From contig OZ219753.1 in the NCBI GenBank assembly GCA_964291315.2, positions 2,144,001-2,208,000 on the forward strand: a stretch of 64,000 nucleotides of DNA. The letters run 5' to 3'. The DNA is from Candidatus Poribacteria bacterium. GTDB taxonomy: Bacteria > Poribacteria > WGA-4E > WGA-3G. Positions within the stretch are counted from its first letter, which is position 1. The number at the start of each line of letters is the position of its first letter. Made by a program: the position numbers and the translations under genes. Shown piece by piece: positions 18,324 to 28,179 of the stretch. The notes under the pieces were generated by a model, which worked only from the letters and a program-made list of their open reading frames with translations, was not told the origin of the DNA and did no database searches.

Positions 18324-20240
18324 CTAATCTGGTAGAATACGGTAGCCTGTGCTGACCCCAGTGATCATCCCGATGATTGCCCAGAGTCCTGCACATGTCA
18401 TCTCCCCGAGAACGAGACCGAGGAAAATTGGCCGCGCGGCCCGATACGCCTTCAACCCGCCATATTTCACGATGCTGAACTTCAGCCCCCAGCCTAGAAA
18501 TATTGAGAACCAGAGTTTGAACGTTGCCCAGGAGCTCAACATCGTGTAACCGAGCGGGTGCAGGGGCCACCACACAAAGGTTTGACGCATCCACATTAAC
18601 CAGACTGTGAAAGCGCTTCCAAAGAGCATAAACCCGGTATTTGTCCAATCCGTGCTGGTCTTTGGACTTGTAAGAAGACCTTCAAGCTGCCGCATGAACC
18701 AACTGCCGCCAGTATACGGAGCGCCGTGTGCATAACTGATTTTTATTGCAGAGTAGTAGGAAACAGCAAGTCCGATGACCATCGCAGCCGCCATTGCAAC
18801 CAGAAGTTGCCGTCGCTTAATGCGGGCATCGTCCGCCGCTTTCAAGCCGTTCATGATATTAGGCATCATAAATTCACGGAGATCCAACGTCAGACACACC
18901 GGATGCATCATCATGGAGGTCACCGTAGAGGGATGGATCTTTGAGGTACCGAGGGTTGTCAGGAAGAAGCTTTGCGGCGAGAAGGTCGGGTTGATGAACG
19001 GAATCCCACCGTTAATGACCTGCCACGTCAATAGGATATACATTGCAAGCAGGAATAGCACAAAACCGAACGCGAACAACAGCGACATTCCCATCAGATG
19101 ATTAAAAAACGCGAGTACACAGATACCGCCAAGTAACCCGAAAATCGTCACGCTATGCGGAAGGGGTTCATCAGAGGCTCGGAACTGAAGCATGTTTTTT
19201 ATGTGATGTCGCATCTTCCAGAGCGCAATAGCGCCAAATGCCAGACATGCCCCGGCCTCTTGCGATGCGCTAAATGACTTACCTGTCCACTGAACACCTG
19301 GCCCCGACGTGAGTTGGAAACCGAGCATTACCCCCAAAAGAGATTGTAATTTGTAGAAGAGAAAGAAAAACCAAATACTAAACGATACTTCTAGTGTCAG
19401 GAGGTAACTAAACCCTACCATGGACCAAAAAACGACGATCTGAAATGGGCGTAGAGCGCTCCATGGGCGTTCTGTGATATATTGGTTAAGCCAGAAATCG
19501 CGTGGAATATGTGGTGCGGCGGGGAAGAATGTGTGCAGACCGTTCATTGTATGCAGAAGCACCGGAAACGCAAACCCGAACCAGAGCGCACTGTTCTTAA
19601 AAAGCGGACCGAGACTACCACGCCCCTGCGCTGCCATCTCCACCGGCAACTTAACGAGGGGAAAAGCACAACGCTCGTATTCTACCCACTGTTTGCGGAG
19701 AAGCACAGAGAGACAGATCATCACAAAATAGACGACCAGCACGTAGGCACTCCACGTCAAGATCGGCGTTAGCCATGCCGCCCACGGCACAGATTCGCCT
19801 GCGAATAGGCCCTCAAAAAAGGAGCGGGCTGCTGTTTCGTCTTGAACCACTCGCCAGTGCGGAATATAGTGGTGGAATAACGATTCCCAATCGTTTTCCG
19901 GGGTGGCAAGATACTGATAAGCCACCATCGGGCTTAGCGCGTAACGCATCATCCCTGAAGATGGAATCCCTGCAGGGGCAAGCATGATACACCAGATTGT
20001 GACCAGTTCTCCGGTTGAGAACGCCGAGGCAGGATGGACCCGTTTCAGGATAACATTGATGCCTAACACAAAAAACGTCAAGACAAAGAAAGGCCCGACA
20101 GGGAAATGTCCGCCTGCAAGGAAAATGTTGCGGATGACGTAATCGTTATAAGGGGCGAGAAGACATTCAGTTGTGGCACATACCAAACCGATCAGCACTG
20201 CACGCCACGTGAGACTATTCCGGGCTTGTCGCTCAATCAA
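18324..20240 (-). CDS. DUF6785/DUF6784-type polytopic membrane protein (putative transporter)
   Basis: Many TM segments; LRKQWVEYERCAFPLVKLP, WWPLHPLGY, RPIFLGLVLGE; paralog at 44721. Confidence 0.75.
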   Translation of the reverse strand: MIERQARNSLTWRAVLIGLVCATTECLLAPYNDYVIRNIFLAGGHFPVGPFFVLTFFVLGINVILKRVHPASAFSTGELVTIWCIMLAPAGIPSSGMMRYALSPMVAYQYLATPENDWESLFHHYIPHWRVVQDETAARSFFEGLFAGESVPWAAWLTPILTWSAYVLVVYFVMICLSVLLRKQWVEYERCAFPLVKLPVEMAAQGRGSLGPLFKNSALWFGFAFPVLLHTMNGLHTFFPAAPHIPRDFWLNQYITERPWSALRPFQIVVFWSMVGFSYLLTLEVSFSIWFFFLFYKLQSLLGVMLGFQLTSGPGVQWTGKSFSASQEAGACLAFGAIALWKMRHHIKNMLQFRASDEPLPHSVTIFGLLGGICVLAFFNHLMGMSLLFAFGFVLFLLAMYILLTWQVINGGIPFINPTFSPQSFFLTTLGTSKIHPSTVTSMMMHPVCLTLDLREFMMPNIMNGLKAADDARIKRRQLLVAMAAAMVIGLAVSYYSAIKISYAHGAPYTGGSWFMRQLEGLLTSPKTSTDWTNTGFMLFGSAFTVWLMWMRQTFVWWPLHPLGYTMLSSWATFKLWFSIFLGWGLKFSIVKYGGLKAYRAARPIFLGLVLGEMTCAGLWAIIGMITGVSTGYRILPD

Positions 20241-20323
20241 TTTTGACCTTTCCTATTTCTATGCTTCGAGGCTTTCCGTAAGTATACCACACTTCTGCTG
20301 TTTCCGTTTAAAAAATAACGTGC

Positions 20324-20352
20324 TTGACGCATTGGATATTTTATGCTATACT
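20324..20352 (+). promoter_or_regulatory. Sigma70-type promoter with extended -10
   Basis: TTGACG-17 bp-TATACT with TG at the extended -10 position. Confidence 0.6.
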
Positions 20353-20389
20353 GTTAACAACGTATAAAATAGAGAGAAGGAAGTAATCC

Positions 20390-20434
20390 ATGAAAGTTTT
20401 AGATACTGATACTTCCGTTGAAATGTCGAGAGGA
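20390..20434 (+). pseudogene. Possible VapC/PIN toxin N-terminal remnant
   Basis: Purine-rich RBS then MKVLDTDTSVEMSRG, resembling the PIN start xxLDTxxxSExxRG; the rest of the ORF is not PIN-like. Confidence 0.35.
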
Positions 20435-20552
20435 TTTAGCGAATATTACCTGCCGCGGTTCCCTAAGTATCGGCTAAGTCCTGTTGTCGGCTTATTTTTT
20501 AATAAGCATCACCCTCTCCATTCATTAACTTCAAAAATAAAAAGCAATAAAT

Positions 20553-20964
20553 ATACATCTGTGTATCTTCACAGATAAAAGGAGAGACAACATGCGAAAA
20601 ACAATATTGGCTCTGACAACGCTCGTCGCACTCATATTTGTGAGTGTTCCGTTCGCGGCAGCAGAATGGCAAGAGAGCATGGTAACCAATAACACGCTCG
20701 AAGAAATCTATGTGATCAAGAGCACCTGGCATGCAGCAGATGATAACAAAAACATCCCCACAGGGTTCCGGACCCGCGGCTCTTACCGCATCCCTCCCGG
20801 GAAGTCCAGGATTTTCCATTCCTGGGACACCAACAGCATCTATTTCCGTATTTCAAACGCAGAGCATGCGATAAAAGCGAACAGCGGCACCGCCGCTTTT
20901 GCGTTCTGTCTGGGCTCATCCGAATCGCTCCTTTCGCGTCGTCTCACAGACGCTCGATACCTCT
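20553..20964. repeat. Right arm of ~410-bp inverted repeat (partner 11498-11905)
   Basis: Near-identical to the reverse complement of 11498-11905 apart from substitutions and a 4-bp tctg duplication. Confidence 0.9.
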
Positions 20965-20999
20965 ACGGGTTCCGTTGTGCAAGGTCAGTTTCTCCTTGA
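20592..20999 (+). pseudogene. Internally deleted paralog of the 9986-11866 FGE-domain gene
   Basis: Same signal peptide and first domain, frameshift at the tctg duplication, then joined directly to an FGE C-terminus (GFRCARSVSP-stop). Confidence 0.85.
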
Positions 21000-21123
21000 A
21001 ACTTTATTGCCGAACGCCTTTTATCTTGAGATAAATCGCTGAAAGGCACTGAAGCTACAAATTACTTGTTCACTGTAGGGAGGAAACGCTGATTTTCGCC
21101 GACATCATAGATGCGAAGTGTGC

Positions 21124-21226
21124 TATAATAGTGATCTAGGGGGAACGACAGCGGATAAATATCCAGCGAATGGTTATGGATCGCATCGACTTTGGGTTTC
21201 GTTGTGTGAGGCGTGTATATCGTTGA
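21124..21226 (+). pseudogene. Second collapsed FGE-domain remnant
   Basis: Reads YNSDLGGTTADKYPANGYG and then, in another frame, FGFRCVRRVYR-stop; 21194-21233 matches 22140-22179 at 39/40 nt. Confidence 0.75.
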
Positions 21227-21302
21227 ACCTTTACTATTTAACACTACCGCTGTTATGCAAGTGGGGTGGACTTAACAATTAATAGATGAAATGAGGTGAA
21301 AT

Positions 21303-22172
21303 ATGTTTAAATGGAAATCGCTAGTTGTTACTTTATCGGGCATCGTTTTTTGTATAGGCATACTTCAAGCGGAAGAGACGGAGACAGACAGAGATATCTC
21401 TGCAGAATTGGCCCCTGCGGGCATGGTATTGATCCCAGCGGGTACATTTCAGATGGGTAGCAACAGTGGTGGCGGCAATGAAAGTCTTGTTCATTCTGTA
21501 TCTATAGATGCGTTTTATATGGATACGCATGAGGTGACGAATGCAGACTATGCGGCGTTTCTGAATGCAGAAGGCAAACATACCGATGCTGGCCATACGT
21601 GGTTGGATATTGCGGATGGCGATGTGCACATTGCGTTAGTAGACGGCGCGTATCGTGCGAAATCGGGGCATGAGAATCATCCTGTTGTTGAGGTGAGCTG
21701 GTATGGTGCGATGGCGTATGCTGCGTGGGCGGGCAAGCGGCTGCCGACCGAGGCGGAGTGGGAGTATGCTGCACGCGGCGGCAAGCCTGGTCTGAAGTAT
21801 CCGTGGGGAAACACTATTGACAGTACACACGCGAACTACGGCAATAAAGTAGGGGGGACAACGGCAGTAGGTAAATATACAACGAATGGGTATGGTCTGT
21901 ATGATATGATAGGGAATGTTTGGGAATGGTGCTTAGATGAGTATAATGAGAATTTCTATGCAAGCTCTCCTGACCGGAACCCGCTATCGGGTGCATCTAG
22001 CATTAAGTGGTTATTAGACAACTGCACAAAAGTCAAGTCTTACCGCGTCTTGCGTGGCGGCTCCTGGCTCGATACAGCACTGGACGTGTGGGTCACCACC
22101 CGCTACAGCTATAGGCCAGCGGTCACACACGACATCGTCGGGTTTCGTTGTGTGAGGCATGTATATCGTTGA
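21303..22172 (+). CDS. Secreted FGE/SUMF1-domain protein
   Basis: Signal peptide; MVLIPAGTFQMGS, RLPTEAEWEYAARGG, YDMIGNVWEW, RVLRGGSW, GFRC. Confidence 0.92.
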   Translation: MFKWKSLVVTLSGIVFCIGILQAEETETDRDISAELAPAGMVLIPAGTFQMGSNSGGGNESLVHSVSIDAFYMDTHEVTNADYAAFLNAEGKHTDAGHTWLDIADGDVHIALVDGAYRAKSGHENHPVVEVSWYGAMAYAAWAGKRLPTEAEWEYAARGGKPGLKYPWGNTIDSTHANYGNKVGGTTAVGKYTTNGYGLYDMIGNVWEWCLDEYNENFYASSPDRNPLSGASSIKWLLDNCTKVKSYRVLRGGSWLDTALDVWVTTRYSYRPAVTHDIVGFRCVRHVYR

Positions 22173-22257
22173 ACCTTTAGCCGGTGGAACGTTTGAAGTT
22201 AAGGTGTGTTATACCAATAACTTGCAAGTCTATAAGCGCCTCATCCCCCGGTTTTCC

Positions 22258-23445
22258 TTACCAATCTGCCCTTCGATCAGTCCAGGGATGTGCTTTGGCA
22301 ACCGCCTCGTTGAGTTCGGTGCCCCATCCGGGACGCGTTGCGATTTTCATGCAGCCGTCCACAATGTCTGGCGTGTGCGTGGTTAGCTCGTCTTTCCAGG
22401 GCACATCGTCTATATCAATTTCCATAATACGGACGTTAGGTAGGACTGCACAGAGGCTTGCACTCATGTGAGTAGCGAGATGGCTGTAGTAATTGTGCGG
22501 TGCGACGTTGAGTTGAAACACATTTGCTAGGTCTCCGATCTTCTTTGAAGGGGCGAACCCGTTCCACGGCACATCTATCATGAAAATATCAGCGGCCCGG
22601 CGTTCGAAATACGGGAGATACTCGCGCATGTAATAAAGGTTTTCACCGGTGCATACTTTCGTGCTTGTGGAATCTTTGATTTGACGGATAGCCTCGGGGT
22701 CGTACATATCAATTTCCAGCCATAACATGTCGAACTGTTCAAGCGCTTTAGCGATCCGCATGCACGCCTCTGGCTTAAAATTGAAATTTAGATCCAGATT
22801 GATACCGATGTCGGGGCCGACCGCCTCTCTAAAGGTGCCGATTAGAGTTTCGATGTGTCGTAGAGTTTGAGGTGTTACGTTACCATCCGTTGTCCCGGGG
22901 CCGCCGCCGAAACCGCTGAAATGGACAGATGCCGGGTCTCCGGGAAAAATGATGTTGGTTTTGAGAGCGGTGAAGCCTCTTTCTACTACCTCGCGACCTA
23001 GCTCCGCGATGTCTTCCATCGTTCTGAGAGGTGGAACCCCGATGAGTTCATAGTTACGGGCGCGCGAGCTCCCGCAGTGCGACCAGTAGACCCGTACATC
23101 ATCACGTGTTGGTCCCCCGAACAATTCGACAACGGAGATCCCTAAAGCTTTCGCTTTAATATCTATCAGTGCGCACTCGATTCCCGCGATGGCTTTTGCA
23201 ACGATTCCGCCAGGGCTCTGCCGAGAGCCGCGAATCATATCCCAAAACCGCATTTCATAAGGGCGCGGGTCGCGTCCGATGAGTAGGGGTGTGAAGTCCT
23301 TGATAGTTCCGACCACGCCGTTAGGATTTCGCCCGTCGCTGCATTCGCCGTAGCCGGTGATCCCTTCGGCTGTTTCCACTTTAACGAAGGTCCAGGGCCT
23401 CCATCCTGCGTCCACAATAAATGTTTCTATTTTTGTAATTTTCAT
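22258..23445 (-). CDS. Mandelate racemase/muconate lactonizing (enolase superfamily) dehydratase, galactonate dehydratase-like
   Basis: MKITKIETF, TFVKVETAEGITGYGE, DIKAKALG, WLE, TGENLY, APHN, RPGWGTELNE. Confidence 0.9.
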   Translation of the reverse strand: MKITKIETFIVDAGWRPWTFVKVETAEGITGYGECSDGRNPNGVVGTIKDFTPLLIGRDPRPYEMRFWDMIRGSRQSPGGIVAKAIAGIECALIDIKAKALGISVVELFGGPTRDDVRVYWSHCGSSRARNYELIGVPPLRTMEDIAELGREVVERGFTALKTNIIFPGDPASVHFSGFGGGPGTTDGNVTPQTLRHIETLIGTFREAVGPDIGINLDLNFNFKPEACMRIAKALEQFDMLWLEIDMYDPEAIRQIKDSTSTKVCTGENLYYMREYLPYFERRAADIFMIDVPWNGFAPSKKIGDLANVFQLNVAPHNYYSHLATHMSASLCAVLPNVRIMEIDIDDVPWKDELTTHTPDIVDGCMKIATRPGWGTELNEAVAKAHPWTDRRADW

Positions 23446-23456
23446 GGAGGGTCTCC

Positions 23457-24458
23457 TTATAGTCTGACAATTTCTCTTCGCCGATGCGATTCAAGAAGGG
23501 CATCACAGATACGGATTGTGTTCACTGCCACATCCGGCCACTGAGATTCAAGATTACCAGACTGCACGATCTGAGAAAACTTTTCAATCATCGCGACTTC
23601 CTGAATACACCTGTCAACAGTGTTTCGTTCATTGCCGTCGGGTCCATGAACCCAGAATCGGGCGGTGTCTTCAGAGAGGGGGACGGTGAAGTCGTCACAG
23701 ACAACCGAGGCGCGCGTGCCAGCCACCTCGAACCATTTCCGAAGTCCCGTATCAAATCCGCAATCCAAGGTAGCGATGCGTTCATCACTGAACCAAAGGA
23801 GACCTGCAACGTTAAAATCCACGTCCGCCTTGTAGCGTGCCGTTGCGAAAACCTGTGTCGGTATATCCTCAAATGCCCAGAGAATTGCGCGGACGCAGTA
23901 GTAACCTAAGTCGCCGAGGCTACCGCCTGCGAATTCCCTCATTACCCGGATATTGCCGGCAGGAATTGTGTCCCAATTGAAAGTGAACGCAGCGGTCACC
24001 CGACGGAGTCTGCCAAGAGTACCCGACGTTAGTTTCCGTTTCATCTGCGTTGTTCTTTCATGATGAACCCACATGACCCCGTCCATCAGTTGCACGTCGT
24101 TTCGGCGGCAGGCATCAGCCATCGCCACGGCCTCGTTAGCATTTGCAGCGATCGGTTTTTCGCAGAGGACATGCTTGCCGTATTCTGCTGCTCTGATTGT
24201 CCACTCGGCATGGAGCGAAGGGGGCAAAGGGATATAGACAGCATCTAGCGATTCGTCTGTGAGAAGCGCTTCGTAGGTGCCGTAAGACGTGGGAACATTG
24301 TGGTTTTTTGCCCAAGCTGCAGCGCGTTTTTTCGTTCGACTCGCGACCGCAACTAAATCGGCGTTTTCGGCGAGATGAATGGCGCGAGCAACCTTTGTGG
24401 CGATATTCGCTGTGCTGAGAATTCCCCAGCGGACAGGCGGTTTGGTTTCAATTGTCAT
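23457..24458 (-). CDS. Gfo/Idh/MocA family oxidoreductase
   Basis: WGILSTANIA, DAVYIPLP..LHAEW, GKHVLCEKP, GGSLGDLGYY. Confidence 0.93.
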   Translation of the reverse strand: MTIETKPPVRWGILSTANIATKVARAIHLAENADLVAVASRTKKRAAAWAKNHNVPTSYGTYEALLTDESLDAVYIPLPPSLHAEWTIRAAEYGKHVLCEKPIAANANEAVAMADACRRNDVQLMDGVMWVHHERTTQMKRKLTSGTLGRLRRVTAAFTFNWDTIPAGNIRVMREFAGGSLGDLGYYCVRAILWAFEDIPTQVFATARYKADVDFNVAGLLWFSDERIATLDCGFDTGLRKWFEVAGTRASVVCDDFTVPLSEDTARFWVHGPDGNERNTVDRCIQEVAMIEKFSQIVQSGNLESQWPDVAVNTIRICDALLESHRRREIVRL

Positions 24459-24638
24459 ATTGCTCCGTCTAAAATTCTAACGATTAAATTCACTATTAAA
24501 TATATCGCACAACTGAAAATTGATCAAGTACATAGAACAGATGCCATGTTGGTTTTAACTTGAATTTTGGGGCGTAACTGTTATCATAAGAAGGTCGCAA
24601 AATGATAGAGGTTTCGCGTACTTCGGATAGCTGAAAAG

Positions 24639-25520
24639 ATGAGAAATTTGCAAAATTCACTGGACCAATTTTATACGAAACCAGAAGTCGCTGCAGCGTG
24701 TTGGGAGCATCTCACCGACACGCTTTCAACCCTGAACCGAAACTACAACGCCCTTTTTTTTATAGAGCCCGCTGCTGGCACGGGAGCGTTTTACAAACTT
24801 TTACCGCCACAGAGACGGTTAGGCATAGATCTCGTTCCGAAATGCGGGGGCGTAAAAATTCAAGACTTTTTTAACGTCACCACGCTGCCGTTTCTCCGCA
24901 AAGAGACTGTTGTTATTGGCAACCCGCCATTTGGCAAACGCGGAAAATTAGCGATAGCCTTCTTTAACCATGCCTCTGATTTAGCAGATCTTGTCGCGTT
25001 TATTCTCCCTGTCAATTTTCGCAAATTTACCGTTCACAAACAGCTTAACATGAGCATGCGTTTTATCAGCAAGCTATCACTTCCAAGAGAGGCGTTTCAC
25101 CTTGATACAGGCAAACCTTATTCGGTAAATACAGAATTTCAGATATGGACCCGTTTAGCGAGCACACACCGCAACATGCGAGCGTATGAACGTTTGCCGA
25201 TCTACCATCAAGACTTTCAGATGTGGCAGTACAATAACACACGAGGTGCCTTGAAGGTTTTCCAAAATACTTTCGACTTTGCCGTGCCATGTCAGGGGTG
25301 GCAAGATTATTCTCGTAGAGAGACAGATGAAAAGCAGTGTGAACGAAATAAGCAGTGGATGCTTTTCAAAGCAAAAAATTCCACTATTTTAAGCCGTTTA
25401 ATGGAGCTCGACTATGAACGTTTGGCACAGGAGTGTGCTACGGCTGTCCCGGGTTTTCGAAAGGGGGATCTTGTGAAAGCGTACGTAGAGTGCTATGAAC
25501 GTCTGAACTGTGATCCGTGA
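24639..25520 (+). CDS. Orphan SAM-dependent (N6-adenine-type) DNA methyltransferase
   Basis: DQFYTKPEVA (motif X), FIEPAAGTGAF (motif I), VIGNPPFG (motif IV), AFILP. Confidence 0.8.
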   Translation: MRNLQNSLDQFYTKPEVAAACWEHLTDTLSTLNRNYNALFFIEPAAGTGAFYKLLPPQRRLGIDLVPKCGGVKIQDFFNVTTLPFLRKETVVIGNPPFGKRGKLAIAFFNHASDLADLVAFILPVNFRKFTVHKQLNMSMRFISKLSLPREAFHLDTGKPYSVNTEFQIWTRLASTHRNMRAYERLPIYHQDFQMWQYNNTRGALKVFQNTFDFAVPCQGWQDYSRRETDEKQCERNKQWMLFKAKNSTILSRLMELDYERLAQECATAVPGFRKGDLVKAYVECYERLNCDP

Positions 25521-25582
25521 GATTACCAAATGGGCCGTGATCATAGCGCATCTTAACATCACAAGAATCCCGGTTCAGAGGT

Positions 25583-26779
25583 CTACCCGAATCGTTCAGG
25601 GCGATAGGGTGCGAACCACTCGACTTGCACACGATCCATAATTTCCAAGGTTGCCATTTCACCCACTAAAGGTGCTAACGTTACGCCGCTGTGCATCAGG
25701 GCGATATATAGGTTCGGAACGGTTTTTGTAAATCCGATTACCGGAAACCCGTCGATCGGCATCGGACGATAACCGACGGGAGTTGGAATTGCTTTCGAAT
25801 CTTTTATCGCCGGTAGATAGGTTTTGGCGCGCGTGAGGAGCAGGTCGGCGTGCCGCTGCGAATCATCACGATTTATGCCTTCTTGGGTCCCCTGCCCGAT
25901 TCTAAGAGACCCGTCAGCTAATTGCCGCAAATGGAGATGTTGAAGCCCTTCACCTGTCGGCGGAGCGTGGATAATTGCTACGTTCTGTAGAACCTTAGTA
26001 CAAGCTGTTGTCTTAATAACAATACCCGGACTTCGTTGCTGTGGGATATACGTTTCTACTAAGGAGGCGAGCTCCGTCGTTTGAGCTCCACTTGCTAAAA
26101 TAACAGAATCACATGGCAATACGGTAGTGTGGGTCTTGACAGCAGTGATGTTCCCGTTGCGAATGACGAAGCCCGTGACTTCAGTATGAGGGCGTACAAC
26201 GGCTCCTAACTCACAGGCTCGCTGGAGACAAACCTCAATGAACTTGTTCACCTCAATATGGATATCCGCTTCGGAGATAGAGGCGGCTAGCACGTCCCCG
26301 GGGTGTAGATGCGGTTCAAGTGCCAACATCTCGTTACGAGTGATGAGTCGGCACGGATAGCCCCAGGTCTGTATCTGCTGAATACGTTGACGAAGCTGTG
26401 CGGCGCGCTGCGGATTGTTCTCCCACCGCATTTCACCTCCGCAATGTATACCGATGTCGGCATCAAATTGATGGGCTAGGCGATACCACATATCCAACGC
26501 TCGGCGGTTGAGCGTGTGATATTCACGCGGATCTTTTCCAAACGCATTTACCCAGGCAAAAGAATGTCCTGATGCTCCTGCCCCGGGGGTGTCGCGTTCC
26601 AGAAGCGTTACTGCAACATTGCTGCGTCGGGATAGGTGGTACCCTAACGTTGCACCTATGATACCGGAGCCAACTATCACTATTCTTTTTTTCTTGTTAT
26701 TGGGCGAAAGATTGGAATTTCTGTTTGTCAATTTTTGCCGAACCTGACGAAAACCACTAGGAGATAGAGTACTCGCCAC
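25583..26779 (-). CDS. FAD-dependent oxidoreductase (DAO/glycine oxidase-like)
   Basis: IVIVGSGIIG, GASGHSFAWVN, GYRPMPIDGFPVIG, HSGVTLAP; the true start may be downstream. Confidence 0.9.
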   Translation of the reverse strand: MASTLSPSGFRQVRQKLTNRNSNLSPNNKKKRIVIVGSGIIGATLGYHLSRRSNVAVTLLERDTPGAGASGHSFAWVNAFGKDPREYHTLNRRALDMWYRLAHQFDADIGIHCGGEMRWENNPQRAAQLRQRIQQIQTWGYPCRLITRNEMLALEPHLHPGDVLAASISEADIHIEVNKFIEVCLQRACELGAVVRPHTEVTGFVIRNGNITAVKTHTTVLPCDSVILASGAQTTELASLVETYIPQQRSPGIVIKTTACTKVLQNVAIIHAPPTGEGLQHLHLRQLADGSLRIGQGTQEGINRDDSQRHADLLLTRAKTYLPAIKDSKAIPTPVGYRPMPIDGFPVIGFTKTVPNLYIALMHSGVTLAPLVGEMATLEIMDRVQVEWFAPYRPERFG

Positions 26780-26828
26780 AGAACCTAGTAAGATGGTGCC
26801 TATGTTTAAAATTTAATACATAAAAAAA

Positions 26829-27449
26829 TTAGCGATGTGCTGCAACGATAAAACCTGTCAAGCCTGCAAGTAGCAGGTGGAACCCGGTTTGATAGAGCAG
26901 CATTAGAAAGGGTTGGCAGAGTGAAATTAAACCGAACGCAATTAAGCCGATGGATATCCGTTCACATAGAGCCTTCTGCGAAAAAACGATCGAAAAAACA
27001 ATTATTCCCGGTAGAAGTAGATACAAGGCGGTTCCGGCGAGCGATGGGAAGAAGGGTTGATAAAGGAAAACGATACCGGTACACACAAGGAGTGCTGAAC
27101 CGATCGTTGCAATTCGCTTCGTTGCGGTTGTCATCCCAAACGCGATGGCTGAAGCAAACAAGAGGTGAAATGCCGAACCGCTCAGAATTGAGGGAACAGG
27201 TAGATAGAGAAAAACGAATCCGATTGCTAAGCCGATACCGGATATCCGTGCAATTCGCTGTTTGTCCTCGAAAAATGCCCCAACCAAAATTGCAGCAATG
27301 CTCAGCAGCACGAACGCGAGGCCTTTAAGCAAAACAGCGTTTTTAACAAGCAAAGACGGAGCGGGTGCACTACCCGTTGCATAGAGAAATATAGTGCCGA
27401 GGACAAAGAATCCGGGCGCAAGCAGCTGGTTCCGTTTCCGTTTTCGCAT
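26829..27449 (-). CDS. Hypothetical integral membrane protein
   Basis: 206 aa, almost entirely hydrophobic helices with a repeated RIxxIG pattern. Confidence 0.7.
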   Translation of the reverse strand: MRKRKRNQLLAPGFFVLGTIFLYATGSAPAPSLLVKNAVLLKGLAFVLLSIAAILVGAFFEDKQRIARISGIGLAIGFVFLYLPVPSILSGSAFHLLFASAIAFGMTTATKRIATIGSALLVCTGIVFLYQPFFPSLAGTALYLLLPGIIVFSIVFSQKALCERISIGLIAFGLISLCQPFLMLLYQTGFHLLLAGLTGFIVAAHR

Positions 27450-27504
27450 AGCGGTTTTAATAACCTGTGAAAGTTCTAATTTTAGTCCTATTTGTTGAGG
27501 CTTC

Positions 27505-27969
27505 TCACCCTTTCCGTTTCAGCAGACGGCTTACCCATGTTTTAGGTTGTCTCTCACTCAATTGATTCGTTAGTTCGTTGATTTGTGCGGACAAATCCCC
27601 TTTTTCGCTTTGGAAAAATTCAACAGTTTCCCAAAGTTGCGTATTCTCTGCAATAAGTGCTCGATTCTCCGCTTCCAATTTGTCGCACGTTTCTTGCAGA
27701 TACGTGATATGAAAAATTTGGCAGCTGAGGTTTTCAATAATATCATCCGTAGGAATATTATAAGCGAGTTTTTTTATCAGCATTGCGAGTCCATCGACTC
27801 GCAATTGAATTTGTGGCTTCGGTGCGCCCCCCTTTTCCTTAGCAGGAGCAGAGACAACGCGGACATAAGTCTCAATCTCTACGTCTCTCCGTTCCAATGT
27901 CCGGGTGATGATGCCCTCTTCTACACCTATGATTTCGGAGATTTTCGAAGAGCTTATATAGAGATCCAT
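27505..27969 (-). CDS. Hypothetical protein: possible N-terminal HTH, coiled coil and amphipathic C-terminus
   Basis: SSSKISEIIGVEEGIITRTL (HTH-like), heptad region LEAENRALIAEN..., C-terminal KTWVSRLLKRKG. Confidence 0.6.
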   Translation of the reverse strand: MDLYISSSKISEIIGVEEGIITRTLERRDVEIETYVRVVSAPAKEKGGAPKPQIQLRVDGLAMLIKKLAYNIPTDDIIENLSCQIFHITYLQETCDKLEAENRALIAENTQLWETVEFFQSEKGDLSAQINELTNQLSERQPKTWVSRLLKRKG

Positions 27970-28179
27970 TCCGCAGTTTCCTAATCCGCTTCTTTAGATA
28001 AAAGATTAATGGACTAACACTTATAATACCGTTCATCTGTTAAACAGACTCAAAAAATTATAACATATCTCAAATTATTTGACCAGTCGAAAATCGAGGT
28101 AGTTACGGATACGTTCGTGGGGGCCGTACAAAGCACGTCAGTGCACACAGCTTGATAGTAGTGATGTAAGAAGCGAAGC

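Noticed and set aside
9986-22180. Diversity-generating retroelement targeting the FGE C-termini
   Set aside because: No reverse transcriptase in the window and no template repeat differing only at adenines; the repeats are deletion remnants. A DGR acting in trans cannot be excluded.
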